This document shows positions 1 through 7,560 of a stretch of DNA of 64,000 nucleotides, piece after piece. The notes beneath the pieces are model-generated. The model saw only the letters and a list, made by a program, of their open reading frames with translations, was not told the DNA's origin and made no database searches. Every line of letters begins with the position of its first letter. Positions within the stretch are counted from its first letter, which is position 1. Made by a program: the position numbers and the translations under genes. Origin of the DNA: an uncultured Acidobacteriaceae bacterium (GTDB lineage: Bacteria; Acidobacteriota; Terriglobia; Terriglobales; Acidobacteriaceae); the NCBI GenBank assembly GCA_963703635.1, contig CAVPEZ010000029.1:3311-67310 (forward strand), written 5' to 3'.

Positions 1-181
1 GTTTTGTTTTCATGTTCCTCCTGTTTTTGGGAAGCAAATTAACGGATTGATTGAAAGCGGAGCGGATTCTACGCTAAGCAGCGGGTTCTATCAAGGTGGG
101 GCCGAAGCTTGGGCCTCGTCCGCAAGATTCAGGAGAAGTCACGAACGAGACCAGCTGCGGTGCTTGCGAGAGCATTTCTAC

Positions 182-409
182 TTACGACTTGACTAGCTTG
201 GCGGCAGCCTTTCGGACTTTCGCCCAGCGTAGTTTTTGCGCTTCAGCGATGCGTCGGCGGGCATCCTTGCTCAAGGTACGGCCCGTCTTCTTGAGCTTCT
301 TCCCGCCGGCTTGGCCAAGGGCGTCGAGCGCTTTCCCTACTTGTCCCATCTCTTTTTCGAGACGGGAGTACTCCTTCCGCAGGGAAGCTACCACTTTGTT
401 GATCATCAT
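182..409 (-). CDS. hypothetical small basic coiled-coil protein (75 aa)
   Basis: Complete ORF MMINKVVASLRKEYSRLEKEMG... A GAGGGGG Shine-Dalgarno-like run lies just upstream of the ATG at 409. Lys/Arg/Ala-rich helical composition. No family recognised. Confidence 0.5.
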   Translation of the reverse strand: MMINKVVASLRKEYSRLEKEMGQVGKALDALGQAGGKKLKKTGRTLSKDARRRIAEAQKLRWAKVRKAAAKLVKS

Positions 410-503
410 TAGGAACCCCCTCTTCAGGTAAGGCTAACACGGAAGGACATGAGTTGCGATTTATTAGAGGTGACTTTTAAGTAAGAAGGTCTAACTTGGC
501 CTG

Positions 504-1071
504 CTATGTTCGTTGACGTGTGCTTGATCCAGTTTTCCCCGGCGCAACTCCTGTCAGAGGCTGAGCGACGGCGTCGAATAAATGTTGCCCGTCCTCGTAC
601 GGATTATAAGTAGCGTCGGGATACCAGGCGCGAGTGAACAAGGCCCCTTGCCTGGCCACCGTGCAACGCTGCACATGTACGCTGTCGACGAAGTTATGTT
701 TGATGTTGGGAGCGCCCCAGTCGCCGCCCCAGATTAGACCGCAGCTCTGCGCGAGGTGTCCCAGGAATGAGAAATCACCTTTCCAGCAAGGCTCTCCACC
801 TACCACGCGGACGATGTCACAAGCCAAGCCATAGTGATGAACGCCTAGCAGTTCGAAGCCTGGTGGCGCCCTGGTTGAAGAGTTCCTGCTGGCGGGGTTG
901 GCTGCGGTAGGTTTCGTAGATTGTGACTTCAATTCCCATCTGGCGGGCGGCGGCGACTAAGCCCTCAGCCAGTTGGCGCGTCGTCGGTTCCAGCAGTGCG
1001 GGATCGTCGACACGCGTCACCGAGTCGAAGCGCGCGTTGCGTGAAATCACGTCCGTGTAGAAGTTCCCCAT
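504..1071 (-). pseudogene. peptidase M15 (VanY / D-Ala-D-Ala carboxypeptidase-like), apparent frameshift
   Basis: The N-terminal part is in ORF 817..1071 (...ETYRSQPRQQELFNQGAT). The C-terminal part is in another frame inside ORF 504..932 (...GVHHYGLACDIV...GGDWG...FVDSVHVQ). Together they give the H-x6-D ... D-x2-H zinc-ligand pattern of family M15. The frames switch near 865-875. Confidence 0.6.
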
Positions 1072-1620
1072 AGAGACTCCGAAGCTGGCTAGCGACAGGC
1101 AACCTATGAGCTATGGGTTAAGTATTGGAGATTGCCCGGAGATAGTAAAGGTCAGATGAACCAAGGCAAGCTGTGGAAAAAGTGGGGGTGCGGCCCAAAT
1201 GAAAGTTTGCAAAGCAAGTGTATAAGTTTGAACAGACGCCGGAATCGTAAATCGTGTACTCTCGCACGCAGAGTAGCAAAGGGCCGCCGGCTGACAGACT
1301 GCGGCTCTCGGCGGCGCGCTGGTGTCTAGATGTTTCGTTCCCGCGAATTCCCGGCGCGCCTCCTCCCCCAAAGTCGAACTTCCAGGGCTGGTTCCTGCTG
1401 TCCACCAGTTAGTACTGCGGCAGGTAAATGGTGCGAGGTGTACCATCGAACCATGAGCGGCACAGGTTCAGAATTAGTCGATTTCTCCCCGGTAGATCGC
1501 TTGGTGGCCTTCGATATCCTAGTTCGTTCAGAGCCCGACGATGAAGAGGAAGAGGACGAAGAGGACGACGGAGAAGACGAAGACGAGGGCAACTCCGATG
1601 GATACTCGGAGTGAACCGCA

Positions 1621-3627
1621 CTACTCCGCCGGCTTGATGCCCACAGCGCTATAAAGGTCGGCACTTTTGTAGAGCACTCCATCCTTCATTACCAGGCGGC
1701 AACGGCGAATGTCGCTGATGTGCTCCGCCGGATTTCCATCCACCATCACCAGGTCAGCTCGCTTTCCCGCCGCTATCGAGCCTAAATCCTTATCCTGCTT
1801 CAACAGCCGGGCGGCGTTGAAGGTTGCGATTTGCAGTGCTTTCGCTGGCGGAATCCCTGCTTCTACTTCCAGCTCCAATTCCCGATGCAACATGATTCCG
1901 GCGGTCGCGTCGGTGCCCGCGAGAATAGGAATGCCGGCGTCATACATTCTCCTGGTCATTGCGAGCATTGCCCGGTAAGAGTCTTTATAAAGTTGATCGT
2001 TTCCATCCGTAACGGGAAGCCCGCCTGCGTATGCGCCGCGCTGCACTTGAGCAGGCAGCCGGTTTAGCACGGGGGCAAAGTCTGGAGAGACCTTACCCGG
2101 CCGGCCGGTGAACATTCCCTCAAAGGTGGCCAGCGTCACATCAACCGTGGTGTGATGTTGCTGCAGAAGCGCGATAAAATCGTTGACCTCTTTCGAGTGC
2201 AGATCGAGCTTCGCCGCATAGTCGCCCACAGCAGTGAATCGTTCTGGCGTGCGAGTGTCTTTTACTTTTCCCGCAAGAAAATTGAGGAAGATGAAGTTAA
2301 TGTGCTGTATTTCGTCGGCGCCGTCTTCGACAAACTGGCTGGCGGTCATGCCGTTTGGAATGTGTCCGCTCACCCGTAAGCCGCGGGCGTGAGCGGTTTT
2401 CACGATTCCGGGCACGAAATCAGGATTAAGCGAACTGTAGAGCTTGATCTGAATGTAGCCAAGATCCGCATAACGATTCACCGCAGTCTTCGCCTCTTCC
2501 GCAGTATCGGCGTAGAGGCCGGTGGGGGCTTGAAACGGGCCGTGTCCATCGATAAAGCCAGCCTTCCACACGTGTGGACCGATGGTCGTGCCGCTGTCCC
2601 ACTGGTCTTGCAGGTGCTTGAGTTCGTCGATGTCATTCCCCATGTCGCGAACCGTGGTCACACCGCTTGCGATGTTCATAATCCCGTCGATTGCCTGGGC
2701 GTGAGCATGCATATCGAATAAGCCGGGCACGAGAGTCTTTCCCGTTCCATCGACGATCTCGGCATCGTTCGCAATCTTGACGCTGGCGAATGCACCTGCC
2801 GCCGTGATGCGTTCCCCTTCGATGACGACGGTCTGGTCGTCGCGAACCGTGGCTTGCTCGGAATCGAACACCCGCACATGCTCGATCGCCACGGGATGCT
2901 GTGGGTGGGAAGCTAACTCAGTCGCGAGGCGCGCGTAACGCGCGTCCTGAGCTTTGCGGTCCAGGGCATAGAGCTGATCATTTGTATCTTCCCAGCCTTC
3001 CCTGAGAAATGCGAACCACTTTCCCGGGCTGGCGAAGAAATGCAAGTCATCGTCAAGCCATACTGTTTGCGGATCGAAAGAGAGCCCCGTGATTCCATAC
3101 GCAGTCACATGCATTTTCTTGCCGTGACTCTCGACAGTCACGTCGGTCATTTTCTCCAGCCGGGCCTGGCCGGCGGGAAACAGTTTGACCGGAGTTCCCT
3201 TGGCCTTCAAAAGCGCCGCCACCAGCATGGCTGTCTCGCTGGCTGGACCGTTATTGCTGATGTAGAAACCGGGCGCGGGAGCCTGTCCGTGCTCGGAAGT
3301 ACTCTTCCAGTGGCCAGATCCGGCTTCGACGGAGAAGTGTTCATCTACAGGAGCTTTGAGGTAGTCGTTGCCGGTGATGTCTGTGCGCAGCGGGGTTCCA
3401 TCTGCCGCAAAAATATAGTGCGCCTCGATCTTGGGCCCGCGGCCGCGATCATTGAACTCGAAGGCGGAGTCAATGTGCCCATCCGCGCTGAAGGCGTCAA
3501 CTTCGCTTCCTGCATTCCTGCCGTTGCTTACTATCGAGTATCGAATTGTCTGTTGGGCACTGGAGTACGCGGTGCAGAGAAAAGAGAGAATCAGGAAAAA
3601 AGCCGAGGTGGGCCGGAATCTAAACAT
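1621..3627 (-). CDS. secreted amidohydrolase family protein (668 aa)
   Basis: N-terminal signal peptide (MFRFRPTSAFFLILSFLCTAYSSAQ). Metal-dependent amidohydrolase signature LVPGLFDMHAHA, and a later ...GTDA... block typical of the imidazolonepropionase/prolidase-like amidohydrolase superfamily. Confidence 0.85.
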   Translation of the reverse strand: MFRFRPTSAFFLILSFLCTAYSSAQQTIRYSIVSNGRNAGSEVDAFSADGHIDSAFEFNDRGRGPKIEAHYIFAADGTPLRTDITGNDYLKAPVDEHFSVEAGSGHWKSTSEHGQAPAPGFYISNNGPASETAMLVAALLKAKGTPVKLFPAGQARLEKMTDVTVESHGKKMHVTAYGITGLSFDPQTVWLDDDLHFFASPGKWFAFLREGWEDTNDQLYALDRKAQDARYARLATELASHPQHPVAIEHVRVFDSEQATVRDDQTVVIEGERITAAGAFASVKIANDAEIVDGTGKTLVPGLFDMHAHAQAIDGIMNIASGVTTVRDMGNDIDELKHLQDQWDSGTTIGPHVWKAGFIDGHGPFQAPTGLYADTAEEAKTAVNRYADLGYIQIKLYSSLNPDFVPGIVKTAHARGLRVSGHIPNGMTASQFVEDGADEIQHINFIFLNFLAGKVKDTRTPERFTAVGDYAAKLDLHSKEVNDFIALLQQHHTTVDVTLATFEGMFTGRPGKVSPDFAPVLNRLPAQVQRGAYAGGLPVTDGNDQLYKDSYRAMLAMTRRMYDAGIPILAGTDATAGIMLHRELELEVEAGIPPAKALQIATFNAARLLKQDKDLGSIAAGKRADLVMVDGNPAEHISDIRRCRLVMKDGVLYKSADLYSAVGIKPAE

Positions 3628-3835
3628 GGCCAGTATTGTGCCACAGGTAGCGACGAGCGGTTAAGGATATGCACTTGCAAAATTTACTGCGAAATCTTGA
3701 CTTCTGATGTACAATAAGTAACAGCTAAGTTTGATTCACGAGCAACTGAAGGTCGGTATCGCCAACCAGCGTCACCCCCTCACTAGCAAGGATTCTTCTC
3801 AGCACAATCCAAAGAAACAAGAATAGGAACTATCA

Positions 3836-4039
3836 ATGGCAGAACAAGGAACAGTGAAGTGGTTTAACGACGCCAAAGGCTATGGCTTTATCAGCCGTCA
3901 GAATGGCGAAGACGTTTTCGTGCATTTCTCCGCGATTCAGGCTGGCGGCTTCCGCAGCTTGCAAGAAGGCCAAACCGTGCAGTTCGACGTGACCAAGGGC
4001 CCTAAGGGCTGGCAAGCGGAGAACGTCCAAGCTGTTTAA
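3836..4039 (+). CDS. cspA: cold-shock protein, CspA family (67 aa)
   Basis: [34 protein letters not shown]... carries the RNP1 (KGYGFI) and RNP2 (VFVHF) motifs. About 200 nt of upstream non-coding DNA is consistent with the long csp 5' UTRs. Followed by a hairpin terminator. Confidence 0.95.
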   Translation: MAEQGTVKWFNDAKGYGFISRQNGEDVFVHFSAIQAGGFRSLQEGQTVQFDVTKGPKGWQAENVQAV

Positions 4040-4066
4040 GTGACCGCTTTTCGAAGTGGAACATTT

Positions 4067-4101
4067 GCCCGCGATCCGAGAGGATCGCGGGCATTTTTGT
4101 T
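4067..4101 (+). terminator. rho-independent terminator (possibly bidirectional)
   Basis: GCCCGCGATC (4067-4076) / GATCGCGGGC (4083-4092), a perfect 10-bp stem with a 6-nt loop, followed by ATTTTTGTT. It sits between the convergent csp gene and the HugZ-like gene. Confidence 0.75.
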
Positions 4102-4120
4102 GGGTGGGAGCGGGTGAGTC

Positions 4121-4915
4121 TCAGGGCTGCTGACGCGATTGCTGTACCATCTCTACCAGGGCTTTTCGCGCCTCCTCTGAATTGCGCACTTCCCGCAAAA
4201 ACGCAATGCGCGCACCCTTCATCCCGTCCTGGGTTTTCAGGCGCAAGTGAAAGCCGAGTCGATCCACCGCGGTCATCGCCGCTTCCTGAGATTCGATGCC
4301 AGCCAACACCCGGGCCAGCAGAATGAGCGCGTCCTTGTGGTGGGCATTCATGTGCTCGATAATTCCGCTCGCCGCATCGGCCAGCGGATCGGGTTGCGAC
4401 TGGTCGTAGTCCGATGCCTGCACCCATCCCATCACGCCAAAACCTCCCACGTAGTATACGTCCAACACATCCATGCGGTAGAAAGAGAAGTCTTCGAAAT
4501 CCACCCAGTACTTGCTGTTGGCGTAACGCTCGAGGTAAAGCTGGCGCGCCTCTGGCACTTCGGGCTTCGGGATGGTCAAAGCATTCCCTACGAGTGTGAC
4601 ACGCGACGCGCCTAGCGGATCGCCGCTGGCGTCTGGTTGGGTTACGAGCAGGCTGGCCCGCGGATCGGCTTGCAGATTCTGCGTGTGCATGGCCATGGTG
4701 CTGATAAGGAAGATGGGACGCCCGCGCTGGTCCAGCCCGTAGGGCATCACCGAACCGAAGGGGAAGCCGGGCTGCTTGCGCGAGATCGTGGACAAGCTGC
4801 CAATGCGGCCCAGGTATACCAGCGTGCGCGCCCGCTCGGAGAATGAAGGCTCGGGGACCGCTGGCTGATCGCCGGCACCTGTGCCCGCGTGTTTTCGGGT
4901 TGATGAGGAAGACAT
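4121..4915 (-). CDS. HugZ/pyridoxamine-5'-phosphate-oxidase-like FMN/heme-binding protein with a C-terminal DUF2470-like region
   Basis: FPFGSVMPYGLDQRGRPIFLISTMAMHTQNLQADPRASLLV is the split-barrel PNPOx-like core. The C-terminal IIEHMNAHHKDALILLARV resembles DUF2470. I chose the start at the ATG at 4915 (MSSSSTRK...). The ORF stays open to 4999. Confidence 0.7.
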   Translation of the reverse strand: MSSSSTRKHAGTGAGDQPAVPEPSFSERARTLVYLGRIGSLSTISRKQPGFPFGSVMPYGLDQRGRPIFLISTMAMHTQNLQADPRASLLVTQPDASGDPLGASRVTLVGNALTIPKPEVPEARQLYLERYANSKYWVDFEDFSFYRMDVLDVYYVGGFGVMGWVQASDYDQSQPDPLADAASGIIEHMNAHHKDALILLARVLAGIESQEAAMTAVDRLGFHLRLKTQDGMKGARIAFLREVRNSEEARKALVEMVQQSRQQP

Positions 4916-5198
4916 TTTGTTCTCTTCAGGCAGTCTAAATGAAATGAGAGCGCCGGTGATCGAGCCCGCCTCCGGCAGCGACTTGCCATCTCCGGGCACT
5001 CCGCGGATGTTCTCTGGCGACCTCCGCGTTTAGGTTTTGATTTGAGTTCGCAAATGCAACATTTAAAACGCGGAGGTGGCGGAGAATGGCCGCGGAGGAA
5101 ACGGAGGCGGTCAGCCGCTCCGGCCGATTGTTTCCGGCGGCTTCGAGTGCTAGACTTTGGTTGCTGACGGGAAATAGTTAGGCCCTTTTTGCCAGTGA

Positions 5199-5273
5199 GC
5201 GGGAGTAGTTCAGCGGTAGAACGCCAGCTTCCCAAGCTGGATGTCGCCGGTTCGATCCCGGTCTCCCGCTCCA
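5199..5273 (+). tRNA. tRNA-Gly (anticodon CCC)
   Basis: Hand-folded cloverleaf. Acceptor GCGGGAG/CTCCCGC, D-arm GTTC..GAAC, anticodon stem CCAGC/GCTGG with loop TTCCCAA, T-arm GCCGG TTCGATC CCGGT. CCA is encoded. 75 nt. Confidence 0.9.
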
Positions 5274-5458
5274 TCTTTTCAATTAGTTAGCGGAAGCCCC
5301 AAAAAACTGTGTGCGCCAATCGTGTGCAGAACGTTTGGGTTTTTTCATTTTCGTTCAATATGCGGATTACCGTAAACTCGCTCGCAAGGCCTGTAAGAAA
5401 GGCTGGCTGGGTTTGTCAAAGGCATAATTCCGCAGCATAGTTCACTGGAAAGTGCGGC

Positions 5459-5626
5459 TCACTGGATGCGATTCGTTACGAGCTTGCTGGCCATCATGTC
5501 GTCGGCCACGGCGTTGACCAGTTTGCGGACACTCTCTGCAATTGGCTGCGTGTATTCGTTGAGCGTGGTTCCGATATCGCTGTGATGGAGATGTGCCCGA
5601 GCGGCTGAAGCGGTTGCTGGCCGAGT
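5459..5626 (-). pseudogene. tyrosine recombinase (phage-type integrase), C-terminal stump only
   Basis: The minus-strand frame reads ...AHLHHSDIGTTLNEYTQPIAESVRKLVNAVADDMMASKLVTNRIQ*. This matches the conserved LGHSxIxTTxxxYTH end (catalytic Tyr region) of tyrosine integrases. An adjacent frame gives DELGQQPLQPLGH just upstream, which suggests an internal shift. Nothing N-terminal of this remains. Confidence 0.6.
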
Positions 5627-5641
5627 TCATCTAAGCACGAT

Positions 5642-7447
5642 TTGCGGAGGGAGTCCCTGTCCATACCAATTGAAGATTACGCGATGATCGGCGACTGCCA
5701 TACAGCTGGCCTAGTCTCGAGACAGGGTTCGATCGATTGGCTCTGTCTTCCGCACTTTGATTCGGGTGCCTGTTTTGCGGCGCTGCTCGGAACTGCTGAA
5801 CACGGGCATTGGTCGATCTCACCGGCAGGGCCGATCCGAAGCATTCGCCGCCAGTATCGGGACGGAACTCTGATTCTGGAGACTGAGTTTGAGACCGAAA
5901 GCGGATCGGCAAAGCTCATCGATTGCATGATGTCGCGCCAGGAGATGCCTGAGCTTCTGCGCGTTGTCGTCGGCACCCGAGGTCAGGTCCGGATGAAGTT
6001 GGAGCTGGTGATTCGATTCGATTACGGGGCTGTGGTGCCCTGGGTTCGGCGAATCGAAAATGGGATTTCCGCCATTGCCGGTCCAGACATGATACGGCTG
6101 CGGGCGGATGTGCCGCTTCACAATGAAAATATGAAGACTGAGGCGGTATTCACCATTGAGGAGGGACAAAAGGTTGCGTTTGATCTGACCTGGTATCCCT
6201 CACACCAGCGTGAACCTGTGGCGGTGAACATTGACGAGGCGATTCAGAACACGGAAAAATGGTGGCGGGAGTGGTCGGATCGCTGTGCTTATCAGGGGGC
6301 ATGGCGGGACGCAGTGTTACGCTCGCTGATCACGCTGAAAGCCCTGACATTTCTGCCCACCGGCGGAATCGTAGCCGCCCCGACAACTTCATTGCCTGAA
6401 CTGTTGGGGGGTGTGCGGAATTGGGACTACCGGTTTTGCTGGGTGCGAGATGCGACTCTGACCCTGCAAGCCCTGCTCAAGGCCGGATACTTAGAAGAGG
6501 CGCGAGAGTGGCGGGAATGGCTTCTGCGCGCGGTCGCGGGCAGCCCTTCTGAACTTAACATCGTTTATGGTCTTCGCGGCGAACGCAGGCTCACGGAACT
6601 GGAACTGCCGTGGCTGCCGGGATATGAAAAATCTGTCCCCGTCCGAACCGGGAATGCCGCTTACAAACAATATCAACTGGATATCTTTGGGGAGGTGACC
6701 AACACACTTTTTGAGGCGCGGGCAGCCGGGCTGGGACCGCCACAGCATGCGCGTCACGGAGTCGCGCTGACGATGTTGGAATTCCTGGAGACGGGCTGGG
6801 AGCAGCCCGATGACGGCATTTGGGAGGTGCGCGGTCCACGGCGGCATTTCGTCCACTCGAAGATGATGGCATGGGTCGCCGTCGATCGCCTGGTCAAAAT
6901 GGCGGAACTGGGCCGGTTCGCCGTAGATATCCCACGATGGAAAAAACTTCGTGATGCCATTCATGAGCAGGTTTGCCGGCAGGGTTTCGATGCGAATCTG
7001 AACTCCTTTGTGCAGTATTACGAAGGCAAACACCTCGATGCCAGCCTCTTGATGATGCCGCTGGTTGGCTTTCTTCCGCCGGACGATGCACGTGTAATCG
7101 GCACGGTTAAAGCCATCGAAACCCACCTCGTGGAGAATGGCTTTGTCGGACGGTACACGCAAGATCCCGCCGTAGACGGTATTCCCCATGGAGAAGGAAC
7201 GTTTCTGCCCTGCTCATTCTGGTTGGCCGACAATTACGAGTTGCAGGGCCGCCATACAGACGCAGTGCGGATGTTCGAACGGTTGTTGGACATTCGGAAC
7301 GATGTCGGTCTTCTATCCGAAGAATATGATCCAATGGCAAAACGCCAGTTAGGCAATTTTCCTCAGGCGTTTTCTCACGTTGGCTTGGTAAACACAGCCT
7401 TCAATCTGACCCAGCGATCGAGCCAGCCTATTGGGCGGCGCGAATGA
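5642..7447 (+). CDS. glycoside hydrolase family 15 (glucoamylase/trehalase-like) protein
   Basis: The N-terminal block IEDYAMIGDCHTAGLVSRQGSIDWLCLPHFDSGACFAALLG is the characteristic GH15-like start. 601 aa with an (alpha/alpha)6-type C-terminal region. Start is TTG at 5642. Confidence 0.9.
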   Translation: MRRESLSIPIEDYAMIGDCHTAGLVSRQGSIDWLCLPHFDSGACFAALLGTAEHGHWSISPAGPIRSIRRQYRDGTLILETEFETESGSAKLIDCMMSRQEMPELLRVVVGTRGQVRMKLELVIRFDYGAVVPWVRRIENGISAIAGPDMIRLRADVPLHNENMKTEAVFTIEEGQKVAFDLTWYPSHQREPVAVNIDEAIQNTEKWWREWSDRCAYQGAWRDAVLRSLITLKALTFLPTGGIVAAPTTSLPELLGGVRNWDYRFCWVRDATLTLQALLKAGYLEEAREWREWLLRAVAGSPSELNIVYGLRGERRLTELELPWLPGYEKSVPVRTGNAAYKQYQLDIFGEVTNTLFEARAAGLGPPQHARHGVALTMLEFLETGWEQPDDGIWEVRGPRRHFVHSKMMAWVAVDRLVKMAELGRFAVDIPRWKKLRDAIHEQVCRQGFDANLNSFVQYYEGKHLDASLLMMPLVGFLPPDDARVIGTVKAIETHLVENGFVGRYTQDPAVDGIPHGEGTFLPCSFWLADNYELQGRHTDAVRMFERLLDIRNDVGLLSEEYDPMAKRQLGNFPQAFSHVGLVNTAFNLTQRSSQPIGRRE

Positions 7448-7509
7448 GGCAGCCGATCCGCGCTGAGTCTGCCGCTGAGCCGCGCGGTTAACATTCCCAC
7501 CCTGACGAG

Positions 7510-7548
7510 CTGAATATCGCCGGTTCGATCCCGGGTCTCCCGCTCCAT
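7510..7548 (+). repeat. degenerate direct copy of the 3' part of tRNA-Gly (att-like scar)
   Basis: CTGAATATCGCCGGTTCGATCCCGGGTCTCCCGCTCCAT here, versus CTGGATGTCGCCGGTTCGATCCCGGTCTCCCGCTCCAT at 5237-5274. By hand alignment there are 2 substitutions plus 1 extra G, in the same orientation. Confidence 0.75.
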
Positions 7549-7560
7549 TCATCCAACGGT

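Noticed and set aside
1300-1440. tmRNA/tRNA-like fragments (GGAAGTTCGAC on the minus strand; GGTTCCTGCTGTCCACCA on the plus strand).
   Set aside because: There is no GGGG acceptor start at the right distance, no complementary T-stem and no tag-peptide reading frame. The resemblance is limited to a few bases.
1453-1614. 53-codon ORF with a poly-Asp/Glu tail, considered as a feature call.
   Set aside because: It has no RBS and no recognisable family. It partly overlaps the end of the amidohydrolase region on the other strand. The evidence is too weak for the feature list, so it is mentioned only in the low-interest finding.
3625-3645. Sigma54-like -24/-12 element on the minus strand (TGGCAC-AATAC-TGGC). 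A sigma54 activator is encoded in the window.
   Set aside because: The -12 box is TGGC rather than TTGC. The element ends only ~4 nt before the amidohydrolase ATG, which leaves no room for a leader or RBS. It is probably a chance match.
5587-5630. tRNA-like 5' half (GGAGATGTGCCCGAGCGGCTGAAGCGG), resembling the acceptor/D-arm of a type-II tRNA (Ser/Leu).
   Set aside because: No matching anticodon arm, T-arm or 3' acceptor strand follows. The same bases read on the minus strand as part of the integrase C-terminal remnant (…LQPLGH…), which explains them better.
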